DNA of 24,000 bases from Halodesulfovibrio sp. (GCF_015482765.1 NZ_JADMLB010000057.1:2101-26100); one strand, 5' to 3'. Shown: positions 1 to 8,405, numbered from the stretch's first letter. The notes: generated from the letters alone by a model not told the origin. Made by a program: numbers and translations.

Positions 1-651
1 AAGCCGCGCTTCGTCTACAATTTCAAATACGCCGCGCTTTACGCGGACAAGAATACCGGATCGCACCATATCATTCAGCAAAGTGGAAACTGTCTGACGC
101 GTTGACCCGACATGCTGTGCAAGCTGTTCGCCTGTCATACCAAGGCGTGCAACGAGTTTACCGTTTTCATCTTTTGCTACAGACAACAAAAAGTCTGCAA
201 GGCGCGTGGAAGCATCACCGAAAACAAGTCCGTCAATAATACCAAACGTGCTCTTCAGCATATTACCGAGGATACGTACCATAACTTTGCTGACCTGCGG
301 GATGTCTCGCAGGTAAGTATGGAACACAGGAATGCTTGTTGTCAGCAACACCCCAGGAGTCAACGCCTGAACAAACGTTCCGGTATGACAGGTGTAGATA
401 TCACCCGCTTCCAGAATAGAAAGAGTAAACTCCTTTCCTTCTGCTGCAAGATACACCCTGAGTCTTCCCTCTTTAACGATAAAGACGCTTCCACTGGCGG
501 TAAGATCCGGCTTCGCATCATCATTCAGAGACGTTAACGGGTCGGCTATCATTTCCGTTGCAACAAATTTACGCTCGTTCAATGCAGCGCGTAAGTCTTT
601 AAACTCGGGCTTTTCCAATTCCTCAAGTAAATTTATCTCAGCGAATTTCAT
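1..651 (-). CDS. Crp/Fnr-family transcriptional regulator, 3' end runs off the left edge of the window
   Basis: Not in the supplied track because it has no stop in the window. Hand translation of the minus strand from ATG (649-651) gives 217 codons open to position 1: MKFAEINLLEELEKPEFKDLRAAL...FIVKEGRLRVYLAAEGKEFTLSILEAGDIY (cNMP-type beta-roll)...GMTGEQLAQHVGSTRQTVSTLLNDMVRSGIL (C-terminal HTH). An AAGGAA RBS lies 6 nt upstream of the ATG. Confidence 0.75.
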   Translation of the reverse strand, partial: MKFAEINLLEELEKPEFKDLRAALNERKFVATEMIADPLTSLNDDAKPDLTASGSVFIVKEGRLRVYLAAEGKEFTLSILEAGDIYTCHTGTFVQALTPGVLLTTSIPVFHTYLRDIPQVSKVMVRILGNMLKSTFGIIDGLVFGDASTRLADFLLSVAKDENGKLVARLGMTGEQLAQHVGSTRQTVSTLLNDMVRSGILVRVKRGVFEIVDEARL

Positions 652-909
652 GGATATTTCCTTATATAGTGCTCATTGTGCAATTCACTTCACGCTAAAG
701 AGTGCCCAAGAGAAGCAAAACTTGCAAGCATGCTTTCGTAATTTTACAGCTACTCGATTTCAGCAAAAAAATGGTATTATACAAATAAGAATAGTCGATA
801 CCGCAAAAAAGTTCACATTTTTGCTGTACGTCACAACATAGAAAAAAGAACCGCGTATAGTGGACTCAACAAATGAGGAATTAAAGCGACTTCGCTAAAA
901 GGAGTTTTT

Positions 910-1653
910 ATGAATAAAGTAGTGCGTAAAATTATTGAAATTGATGAAGAACGTTGTGACGGCTGCGGCTTATGCGTTCTTGACTGTGCCGAAGGTGCTA
1001 TTCAGATCATCAACGGCAAAGCAAAAATCGTTAAAGATGAATACTGTGACGGCTTAGGTGCTTGCCTTGGTGCATGCCCTCAGGACGCATTGCATATTAT
1101 TGAAAGAGAAGCTCCTGAGTTTGATGAAGAAGCCGCTATGGAATGGGTGAAACAGCGCGACGCTAAAGAAGCAGAAGCCAAAGCTGCTCCGGCTTCCAGC
1201 CCGTGCGGTTGCATGGGATCTCATGTAAAAAGCATGAAGACTGTTGAAATTGAAGTACCGGGCAATAAAGTTTCCGGTCCGGGACACTGGCCTCTTAAAA
1301 TCCGCCTTGTTCCGCCTACAGCACCGTACCTGAAAGGTGCAGATGTACTTGTAGCAGCAGACTGTGCGGCAGCAGCTTCTCCTATTTTCCACAGTGAATT
1401 TGCTAAAGATAAAGTAGTTCTCATCGGGTGTCCTAAATTTGATGATACCAACGAGTATGTGAACAAACTTGCTGATATTATCCGCACTAGCGGAATTCGC
1501 TCAATCAGTGTTCTGCGCATGGAAGTTCCTTGCTGTACCGGACTTTCCCGTGCACTGGCTGACGCAATCAAACTTTCCGGCGTTGCCATCGAGGCTAAAG
1601 AAACCATCATGACCTGCGGTGGAGCACGCGCTGAAAAAACTATGTTCGGCTAA
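910..1653 (+). CDS. 4Fe-4S dicluster (ferredoxin-type) domain protein with a Cys-rich C-terminal domain
   Basis: The N-terminus reads CDGCGLCVLDCAEGAI...CDGLGACLGACPQDAL, two ferredoxin-type Cys clusters. The C-terminal part has GCPKFDD and MEVPCCTGL. A GGAG RBS lies at 901-904. The gene is divergent from the Crp/Fnr gene. Confidence 0.8.
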   Translation: MNKVVRKIIEIDEERCDGCGLCVLDCAEGAIQIINGKAKIVKDEYCDGLGACLGACPQDALHIIEREAPEFDEEAAMEWVKQRDAKEAEAKAAPASSPCGCMGSHVKSMKTVEIEVPGNKVSGPGHWPLKIRLVPPTAPYLKGADVLVAADCAAAASPIFHSEFAKDKVVLIGCPKFDDTNEYVNKLADIIRTSGIRSISVLRMEVPCCTGLSRALADAIKLSGVAIEAKETIMTCGGARAEKTMFG

Positions 1654-1701
1654 CCGTTGAACATCCATCATACGAGACGTTTACCTTACTGACAAAGCTA
1701 G

Positions 1702-1736
1702 AAAAAGACCTCGGCACACTGTGCGGAGGTCTTTTT
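1702..1736. terminator. Bidirectional rho-independent terminator between convergent genes
   Basis: AAAAAGACCTCGGCACA-c-TGTGCGGAGGTCTTTTT forms a 12-bp stem with one mismatch. An A-run precedes it and a T-run follows it, so it reads as a terminator on both strands. Confidence 0.7.
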
Positions 1737-1758
1737 CTATTCATGTCTTGTTCGTGCG

Positions 1759-2145
1759 TTATGGCTTTTCAGTCCGCACGATTACAGGGTTAACACGGTA
1801 TTTTGCTGGTGCGTATACCGGCCATTCGCTGCGAGGATACACAAAAGTTCCCCTGCGCACAGCACGACCCACGGAACGGCGGGTAGACATAGCGCGAACT
1901 TTGCGTTCATCAACGGTGGTCAAAGATTTATTGATAGCTACCTGATTCATAGGAACATGAAGGGTAACTTCTTCAGGATGTGTGAAGGTCGGAGACCGAA
2001 CAACATCCACAGGTGGTACTGAGTTTACAACTACCACTTCTTCCGCCACCATGACGGTCTCTGCCTTGACAACTGTTGGCAGCACCAATGCAGCCAACAC
2101 CACTAATGCTGCGATATTACAAGCAATCAGCTTCGTTCTCACCAT
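1759..2145 (-). CDS. Hypothetical small secreted protein (signal peptide)
   Basis: The N-terminus MVRTKLIACNIAALVVLAALVLPTVVKA-ET looks like a Sec signal peptide. A strong AGGAGG RBS lies 7 nt upstream of the ATG. I recognise no family. Confidence 0.55.
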   Translation of the reverse strand: MVRTKLIACNIAALVVLAALVLPTVVKAETVMVAEEVVVVNSVPPVDVVRSPTFTHPEEVTLHVPMNQVAINKSLTTVDERKVRAMSTRRSVGRAVRRGTFVYPRSEWPVYAPAKYRVNPVIVRTEKP

Positions 2146-2370
2146 AGTGTGCCTCCTATCAATAAGATTTTTATTCTATAAGGTACTTGTTACGTTCAAC
2201 TTTTATGAATGCAGCATGCTGCAACTCTGATCGCAACAACCTCAAGCGATTAAACATAGGCTAGCAGAAACAACGTAAAACAAACACTACTACAATGTAA
2301 TATCGTTGATAAATTACAGTATTCTTTCTGTCATACATTTCAAAAGTACTGCATCACACTTTTATTACAG

Positions 2371-2403
2371 AAAAAAACCGCCCTTGAACTATTTCAAGGG
2401 CGG
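2371..2403 (-). terminator. Strong rho-independent terminator, minus-strand orientation, not attached to an annotated gene
   Basis: On the minus strand it reads CCGCCCTTGAA-atag-TTCAAGGGCGG followed by TTTTTTT: an 11-bp perfect GC-rich stem (2378-2388 / 2393-2403) and a 7-U tract. Confidence 0.65.
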
Positions 2404-2747
2404 TTTGTGAACAAACTTATTGAACAATCTAGTAATACTAACAGCACGTTGCATGCTTTTCTCAGCATACTCATAAAAAATAATGCGGCAAACAGTGAAT
2501 GCAACAGTTAGGAATAAAAAGAAAATTCTAAAAATGCGCTCAAAGAGGCTCCAGCAGGGCTTTTGCTCAAAAAACGCAGCTAACGTATTATTCTCGGTAT
2601 TTTACATATGAACTAAACCGAACCGTTGAGCTAATACCAAAAACGTTCTTGCTACACCTTTCACGCGGTGGTGAACTTACACGGTGTGAGCAATCCTCAC
2701 ACGAAACAAACACTCCTGCCAGCCACCTGATGCAATTCACCTGACGA

Positions 2748-3431
2748 CTACAGAACAATCTCGCCTTCAGCCAAATCTTCTAAGGCTGCCATGTCTTCAA
2801 TGGTAATCTGACGCCCGTCTACAGATACAAGCCCCTGATCTGCCATTTTAGAAAGCGTACGGGACAACGTTTCACGTGCAGTGCCCAGCATTCCAGCCAG
2901 AAGCCCTTTGGATACATCAAGTTTAAACGTGACTGCACCATCTTTTTCTTCACTTGTGTACAGAAGATATGATGCCAGACGTTGTGGTGCTTCGTGCAAA
3001 GTCAGCGCTTCTACCTGCTTGGTAAACATCCTCAGCTTCTTTGACATGGAGCCTAGCATTGCAAGTGCTAAAGCTGGGTCGTTTGCGATGCATTCAAGCA
3101 ATCCCTTACGAGGGAAAAATGCAAGTGTTGACTTTTCCACCGCTTCTGAATGGGCAGGGAAAGAACTATTCTGGAACACTGCAACTTCACCAAAGGTTTC
3201 ACCTGATCCATAAAGATGAATAATCGCTTCACGCCCGTCAGGTCCTGTCTTGTAAATCTTAACCCTGCCGGACAGTACAATATAAAATCCTTCCGCCGGA
3301 GCAGATTCATAAAAGATGATCTGACCGCGCCCCACATCTTTACGAACTGCAATAGCCTCAAGTTCCGAAAGCTGTTCATCTGAAAGTCCGCTGAAAAAGG
3401 GCATCTGAGAAAGCACAGTGGTAAGTTGCAT
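2748..3431 (-). CDS. Crp/Fnr-family transcriptional regulator
   Basis: 227 aa with a cNMP-binding-like domain (FFSGLSDEQLSELEAIA...GFYIVLSGRVKIYK...GETFGE) and a C-terminal HTH (LAGMLGTARETLSRTLSKMADQGLV). Confidence 0.85.
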   Translation of the reverse strand: MQLTTVLSQMPFFSGLSDEQLSELEAIAVRKDVGRGQIIFYESAPAEGFYIVLSGRVKIYKTGPDGREAIIHLYGSGETFGEVAVFQNSSFPAHSEAVEKSTLAFFPRKGLLECIANDPALALAMLGSMSKKLRMFTKQVEALTLHEAPQRLASYLLYTSEEKDGAVTFKLDVSKGLLAGMLGTARETLSRTLSKMADQGLVSVDGRQITIEDMAALEDLAEGEIVL

Positions 3432-3596
3432 GAGAATCCTTTTATCTAATCTATAGAAGATGTTGCACTAAGACATAGCTATGCATAACGATTTATTCTC
3501 TACATTCCAAGCATGCACATCTTATAGCAACTTGCTCGCAGGTCGTCATCTCTTGAACAAAGTTGACACTGTTTACGCTCCAACCCCTTTACACAA

Positions 3597-3625
3597 TTGC
3601 GAACTGTTGCAATCAAGGCTATAGT
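3597..3625 (+). promoter_or_regulatory. Candidate sigma-70 promoter for the small ORF
   Basis: TTGCGA (3597-3602), a 17-nt spacer, then TATAGT (3620-3625), about 28 nt upstream of the ATG at 3653. Confidence 0.3.
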
Positions 3626-3652
3626 CCGATCATCTTATGTAGGAGAACTGCT

Positions 3653-3907
3653 ATGAGCAAGATGTCTCAAAGCGTTGCAGCACGAGTAGAAGAGCTGCTC
3701 CGCGAACAGTTAAGCGAACTTGGAATTGATGTTAATAAACTGGAACCACATGAAATCGTCGAAAACATGAAGTGCGACGTTTTCTCTGATGAATCCATGA
3801 TTTATTATTGGAAAGGTGAACCTGTTCTGCGTGTTGAACCAGAATCTGCTGAAGACGGTACTACAAGCTGGCGCATGTTTACCAAAGACGATTTACCTGC
3901 GCAGTAA
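3653..3907 (+). CDS. Hypothetical small acidic protein (84 aa)
   Basis: ATG at 3653 is preceded by AGGAG with a 7-nt spacer. The track ORF begins further upstream at a TTG (3563) with no RBS. I recognise no family. Confidence 0.5.
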   Translation: MSKMSQSVAARVEELLREQLSELGIDVNKLEPHEIVENMKCDVFSDESMIYYWKGEPVLRVEPESAEDGTTSWRMFTKDDLPAQ

Positions 3908-4007
3908 TTCATACACGGCAGATGCTGCATAGTTTGAAAAAACACCCGCCTGTTTTTTCACTCAACGCAACATGTGTTGCACAGCATGAAGCTCATATGA
4001 AAATATA

Positions 4008-4050
4008 GGGTGATTCTACAACTACGTAGAATCACCCCTTTTTATTTTTT
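4008..4050 (+). terminator. Rho-independent terminator
   Basis: GGGTGATTCTAC-aactac-GTAGAATCACCC forms a 12-bp perfect stem and is followed by CTTTTTATTTTTT. It lies between convergent genes. Confidence 0.65.
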
Positions 4051-4108
4051 ATCTACAAAAACGCTAACGTATTAATGTACGTTCCCGCCTTACAAGCAGT
4101 TTTTACAG

Positions 4109-5524
4109 CTATCTACAGTACTTTGTAATTTTTCGTGCAGCACTCGGCTGACTTATCCCCAAAGCCTTCGCTGTTGCCACTGTGGTTTTATGCTTTTTGA
4201 ATGCTCGTGAAACGAGCTTCTTTTCAAGTTCTTGTAGCGCATGTTTCAACGGAAGCTGATTCTCTCGCTCTAAAAATGCCCCATCCTGAATATGAGATGG
4301 CAAATCATCTTCAGAAATTATCAGCTGTTCAGAGATAATAACCAGCCGCTCCACCACGTTTCGCAATTCACGAACATTCCCCGGCCATGAATACATCTGT
4401 AATGCATCAATCACCTCCGGCGAAAAATATTTGTTGGTGGCATATTTTCCGTTAGCCTCTTCCAAAACATTATTTGCTAAGGGAACAATATCCTCTGTGC
4501 GCTCTCGTAGGGGAGGAATATTCAAATGCAGAACATTCAGTCTAAAAAAAAGATCACTGCGAAAAAGCTTTTTATCAACAAGAGAACGTAAGTCCTGATT
4601 CGTAGCCGCAATAAGCCTGAAATCGACATTAATAGCTTTTGTTCCACCCAGCTTTGTCAGCTTCTTTTCCTGAATAACTTGAAGAAGCTTAGCCTGAAGT
4701 TCCAGTGGAAGCTCGCCAATTTCATCAAGTACCAGCGTGCCGCCGTTTGCCAGCTCAATACGTCCAACCTTGCCCTGCCTGCTTGCTCCGGTAAAGGCCC
4801 CTGCTTCGTAACCGAACAGCTCTGACTCAAGCAAATTTGCCGGAATTCCAGCACAGTTGATTTCCATAAGAGGCCCGTTAGACCGATCACTCTGCTTATG
4901 GATGAGGCGAGAAATGACATTTTTACCAACGCCAGACTCTCCCGTAATCAGTACATTCGTATCGACCAAAGCCACTTTGGAAACATATTCAAGAACCCGC
5001 TGCATCGCCGGACTGATAGCGACAACGCCCCAGGAAGATGGATCAGGACTCAACAAAATTTGTTCGCCATCAAGGGCGGTGTTCAATTTTTCATATTCAT
5101 TATTCAGCTTCAGGAAATAGCGAGAATCCACAGTGTAACTGATAACCCATTCTACTTCTCCGGCCTTATCATAAATGGGAACACCGGTAACAATATTGCG
5201 CCCCCCGAGTTGGTTATCTTCGACTACCGTGACAGTCTGTTTACCTTGCAAAACAAGCGACGCTACGGACGGACAAAACAATCCTTCGCTCTCCATATCG
5301 TAGGTTGTTCTGCCAACAATTTCCTGCCTCGGAATATCGTACGTTCTTTCAAAACAACTGCTGACCCAGCTTATGATCCCTTCCCTGTTAACGATAACAA
5401 CATTGTCGTGCATGGATTCAATAACTGAATACAGGTCATGCAGTTCCGGTAAATTGGTTCGAATGGGATGTGACTCTGCCAAGAAGTCCTGCATCCCGTT
5501 TTCATAGGGAGTGTAATTGCGCAT
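4109..5524 (-). CDS. Sigma-54-dependent transcriptional activator (PAS sensor, AAA+ domain, Fis-type HTH)
   Basis: Walker A GESGVGKN, the sigma-54 contact loop GAFTGA (FGYEAGAFTGA), and a C-terminal HTH TTVATAKALGISQPSAARKI are all present. The N-terminal ~150 aa look PAS-like. The track starts at TTG 5530. ATG 5524 has an AGGAA RBS 6 nt upstream, so I prefer it. Confidence 0.9.
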   Translation of the reverse strand: MRNYTPYENGMQDFLAESHPIRTNLPELHDLYSVIESMHDNVVIVNREGIISWVSSCFERTYDIPRQEIVGRTTYDMESEGLFCPSVASLVLQGKQTVTVVEDNQLGGRNIVTGVPIYDKAGEVEWVISYTVDSRYFLKLNNEYEKLNTALDGEQILLSPDPSSWGVVAISPAMQRVLEYVSKVALVDTNVLITGESGVGKNVISRLIHKQSDRSNGPLMEINCAGIPANLLESELFGYEAGAFTGASRQGKVGRIELANGGTLVLDEIGELPLELQAKLLQVIQEKKLTKLGGTKAINVDFRLIAATNQDLRSLVDKKLFRSDLFFRLNVLHLNIPPLRERTEDIVPLANNVLEEANGKYATNKYFSPEVIDALQMYSWPGNVRELRNVVERLVIISEQLIISEDDLPSHIQDGAFLERENQLPLKHALQELEKKLVSRAFKKHKTTVATAKALGISQPSAARKITKYCR

Positions 5525-5674
5525 ACACAATTCCTAGTGAAAAAGGTGAATATCCTGCTCACGCTACAAAGTGAAACAGGGAGCCTACATGCGGTGTACA
5601 AAAACACCTACGTGTAAAAGAGTGTGCCCGACACTAGCAAATGCACAGTGGGCAAGCAAACCGTTGAATAGGAG

Positions 5675-5709
5675 AAAAGCTCGAAGAGTCCTACCCTTCG
5701 AGCTTTTTA
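5675..5709 (-). terminator. Probable intrinsic terminator after the symporter gene
   Basis: AGCTCGAAG-N9-CTTCGAGCT forms a 9-bp stem flanked by A and T runs on both sides. It separates the symporter stop (5734) from the activator gene. Confidence 0.5.
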
Positions 5710-5733
5710 TTCAATTTCCTTTACCTGCCTCTA

Positions 5734-7209
5734 TTAGTGTAATGCCGGCTGAGCCTGAGCACTGCGCTCTTCATCAGTCATAGAGTCAGCATCATAACTT
5801 TCAGAAGCTGCAAGACGTTTTTCCCACTCTGCAAGCTGTGCAGGGTTTGGAGGGCCTGTCATAAGGCTTACCACTACCAGCACAACTGCACTGCTCAGAA
5901 TACCGAAGATGATGGTGTATGCGGAAAATGCACCGTAAGTCATAATACAGACGGTAGTTACCACACCACTCACAGCAATTGAGTAAACAGCACCCTGTGC
6001 GGTTGCCTTGCGCCAGAAGAAGCCAGCGACAACAGGAACAAAGATACAGCCGGAAAGTAATGCGTAAGCAATATCCAGAGCGTGCATTACATCACCGATA
6101 ACAACTGCGAGGAAAAGAACCACCACACCTACGGCAAAGGTGATTATGCGGGACAGGAGCATTTCCTGTTTTGTGTCCATGTCATGACGGAATGGTTTTA
6201 CGAGGTCGTTAATAATAAGTGTAGACGAAGCGAGGATTGTACCACTCACCGTAGACATGAGTGTGGAAAGAAGACCGGCGACAACCATACCAAGGAGACC
6301 GCTTGGCATTACAGTCACTACGAGCTGCCCAAGAGCTTTCTGCGGCTGATCAAGATCCGGCAAAAGAACAAACGCCGCCATGCCACAGATAGCCATTGCA
6401 CCGCCCCAAAGTACTGAGAAGAAGCCCGCCGCAACAGTTCCGCGAGTAGCAACCTTGCCGCTTTTTGCTGTAAACACTCGCTGCCAGATGTCCTGACCGA
6501 TCATAATACCAAGGTACATGAGCAGGAAGTACATAAGGAGCTGATCCCAGCCGATTGCAAAAGGATCAAAGTATGATTGCGGCACAGCATTGAACAGCGC
6601 ATCAAGCCCGCCGGCCTTGTCGATGGAAAGCGGTACGAGGAAACCGAAAACACCGACCATCATAAGAGCAAACTGAATAACGTCTGTAATAGTTACAGAC
6701 CACATTCCACCCAGCAGAGTGTACAGCAAAGACACAGCACCACCCGCGATCATGGATGTTACCATATCCCAGCCAAAGAACGCATGCAGGATAGTGCCAA
6801 TGGCAATAACCTGCACAACTGCAATCATGGCTGTGTAGATACAGGAGATAATGGCACTGATGTATCGGGCGCTGGCTGCATATCGTACTTCGAGCATTTC
6901 ACTCAAACTGATAACACGAAGGTTAGCCATTTTGCTTGAAAGCAACACCCCCATACTCATCACACCAAAACCATACATAAGAACAACCCATGAGCCGGAA
7001 AAACCGAACTGATAGGCGAGCTTCACAGAACCGAACGTTGCGCCACCGCCAAGAATAACGCTGGCAAGACATGGAAAGTACATCCAGAATCGTAAATTTC
7101 GTCCCGCTACAAGATAATCTTCATTGCTTTTTGCAAAAAATATCCCTGCAATCCCGCACCCGATCATCACCAAGAAATACCCGAGAATAATAACTAGATC
7201 GATGGACAT
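5734..7209 (-). CDS. Sodium:solute symporter (SSS) family transporter
   Basis: 491 aa, polytopic and hydrophobic throughout (roughly 13 predicted helices by eye). The N-terminus is typical of the SSS family (AGRNLRFWMYFPCLASVILGGGATFG). It lies 3 nt downstream of the ureohydrolase gene. Confidence 0.8.
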   Translation of the reverse strand: MSIDLVIILGYFLVMIGCGIAGIFFAKSNEDYLVAGRNLRFWMYFPCLASVILGGGATFGSVKLAYQFGFSGSWVVLMYGFGVMSMGVLLSSKMANLRVISLSEMLEVRYAASARYISAIISCIYTAMIAVVQVIAIGTILHAFFGWDMVTSMIAGGAVSLLYTLLGGMWSVTITDVIQFALMMVGVFGFLVPLSIDKAGGLDALFNAVPQSYFDPFAIGWDQLLMYFLLMYLGIMIGQDIWQRVFTAKSGKVATRGTVAAGFFSVLWGGAMAICGMAAFVLLPDLDQPQKALGQLVVTVMPSGLLGMVVAGLLSTLMSTVSGTILASSTLIINDLVKPFRHDMDTKQEMLLSRIITFAVGVVVLFLAVVIGDVMHALDIAYALLSGCIFVPVVAGFFWRKATAQGAVYSIAVSGVVTTVCIMTYGAFSAYTIIFGILSSAVVLVVVSLMTGPPNPAQLAEWEKRLAASESYDADSMTDEERSAQAQPALH

Positions 7210-7212
7210 AAG

Positions 7213-8169
7213 TTACTCCGTCCCAGCTTGTCTTTTGTTGTAGGCAAGGCATGACAAAAACGCATGCATGATTCCGGCAGCAGCAAACGAAGTAATATCT
7301 GCGGTGTCAGATTCCGGCAGAACTTCCACCAGATCCATACCGACCAGATTCAGCTTCTGACAGGACTCAAGAACAAGCTTGAGAGCCTCATGGGTTGTAA
7401 AGCCGCCAATTTCAGGCGTCCCTGTACCCGGTGCGTATGCCGCATCCAGAAAATCGATATCAAACGTTACAAAAACCGGTGTTCCCGGAGTAATTCGCTC
7501 ACGAATGCGTGTGACAGCAGCTTCGATACCAATGTGATGGAGTTCCCATCCTGTAATCACATCCATACCGCTTTCACGCGCAAAACTAAGTGCATCTCGG
7601 CTGTACAATGGGCCGCGTATGCCCACCTGACTTGATTCTTCCGGCTTAATGAGTCCTTCTTTTATAGCCCAATGGAACGTAGTACCATGGTTGTACGGCT
7701 TGCCGAAGTAGTCACTGCCTGTGTCCGAATGTGCATCAAAATGAATGAGTGCGACTGGACCATACTTTTTCGCTACAGCGCGCAATTCCGGTAACGTAAT
7801 TGAATGATCGCCGCCCATGATTACAGGAACTGCGCCTTCCTGTAACACGCTGGCAACGCCTTCTTCAATTTTTGCAAAACTCTCTTCCAAATATCCGGGA
7901 ACAATATCAATATCCCCCCAGTCAACGCCTGAGCACTCTTCAAAAATATCTACATCAAGAACTTCATTGTAGTTTTTAAGAATAGTAGAAGCTGCGCGAA
8001 TGGATTCGGGGCCGAAACGACAACCCGGTTTATACGAGGTTGCGGTATCGAACGGCACGCCCAGAATGGCGAAATCTGCACCTGATGCTGTGGTAACATG
8101 AGGCAGGCGCATAAAAGTACGAACACCGCAAAAGCGTGGGGATTCCAAAGAATTAACTGGTTTACTCAT
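7213..8169 (-). CDS. Agmatinase/arginase-family ureohydrolase (agmatinase or guanidino-acid hydrolase)
   Basis: The Mn-binding ureohydrolase motifs are present: GGDHSIT, HFDAHSDT, TFDIDFLDAAYAPGTGTPE, LVEV. A GGAGGAAG RBS lies upstream. The substrate cannot be assigned from sequence alone. Confidence 0.85.
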   Translation of the reverse strand: MSKPVNSLESPRFCGVRTFMRLPHVTTASGADFAILGVPFDTATSYKPGCRFGPESIRAASTILKNYNEVLDVDIFEECSGVDWGDIDIVPGYLEESFAKIEEGVASVLQEGAVPVIMGGDHSITLPELRAVAKKYGPVALIHFDAHSDTGSDYFGKPYNHGTTFHWAIKEGLIKPEESSQVGIRGPLYSRDALSFARESGMDVITGWELHHIGIEAAVTRIRERITPGTPVFVTFDIDFLDAAYAPGTGTPEIGGFTTHEALKLVLESCQKLNLVGMDLVEVLPESDTADITSFAAAGIMHAFLSCLAYNKRQAGTE

Positions 8170-8317
8170 AACTTCCTCCTGATATTGCCCTGCCCATGGG
8201 ACAGTCCCGCAAACAAACGGGCGCTAAATCAACAAACAAGTAAATCCACCATGAAAAAGCATGGCATAAATTTATCCAAATAAATTGCCGGACAAGGGCA
8301 AGGCATACCTCCTTAAA

Positions 8318-8333
8318 GGCAAACCCTGTGCCA
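8318..8333 (-). promoter_or_regulatory. Sigma-54 (-24/-12) promoter of the ureohydrolase-symporter operon
   Basis: The minus strand reads TGGCAC-AGGGT-TTGCC, a full match to TGGCAC-N5-TTGC. It lies about 150 nt upstream of the start at 8169. Confidence 0.7.
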
Positions 8334-8383
8334 AACGCTAACTATTTAAATTTTATTGATTATATCTGTAAGAAGTTTTTACA

Positions 8384-8405
8384 TGCTATTCATTTTTGAA
8401 TAGCA
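8384..8405. promoter_or_regulatory. Candidate enhancer (UAS) site 1 for the sigma-54 activator
   Basis: Inverted repeat GCTATTCA-tttt-TGAATAGC (8385-8404). It shares the core CTATTCA-N4-TGAATAG with site 2. Confidence 0.55.

Noticed and set aside
112-537. Plus-strand 141-aa ORF, and similar long ORFs opposite real genes (for example 1054-1392, 1221-1610, 4898-5428, 6577-6939, 8786-9191, 11667-12302, 13475-13930, 22828-23301, 23456-23962).
   Set aside because: They are antisense shadow ORFs inside well-supported genes. They have Cys/Arg/Ser-rich nonsense composition, no RBS and no recognisable motifs.
885-896. Small dyad AGCGA-ct-TCGCT just upstream of the ferredoxin-like gene RBS.
   Set aside because: The arms are 5 bp with a 2-nt spacer. 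That is too short for a hairpin and too weak to call an operator without comparative data.
1721-2230. Plus-strand ORFs 1721-1945 and 1982-2230.
   Set aside because: They lie antisense to the signal-peptide protein gene, which has a strong AGGAGG RBS. Their own composition is low-complexity (T/S/R rich).
8229-8306. 25-codon Cys-rich minus-strand ORF (MPCPCPAIYLDKFMPCFFMVDLLVC) behind TAAGGAGGT in the leader of the ureohydrolase operon.
   Set aside because: The Shine-Dalgarno-like sequence is only 1 nt from the ATG, and the ATG coincides with the predicted sigma-54 transcription start. It is likely fortuitous.
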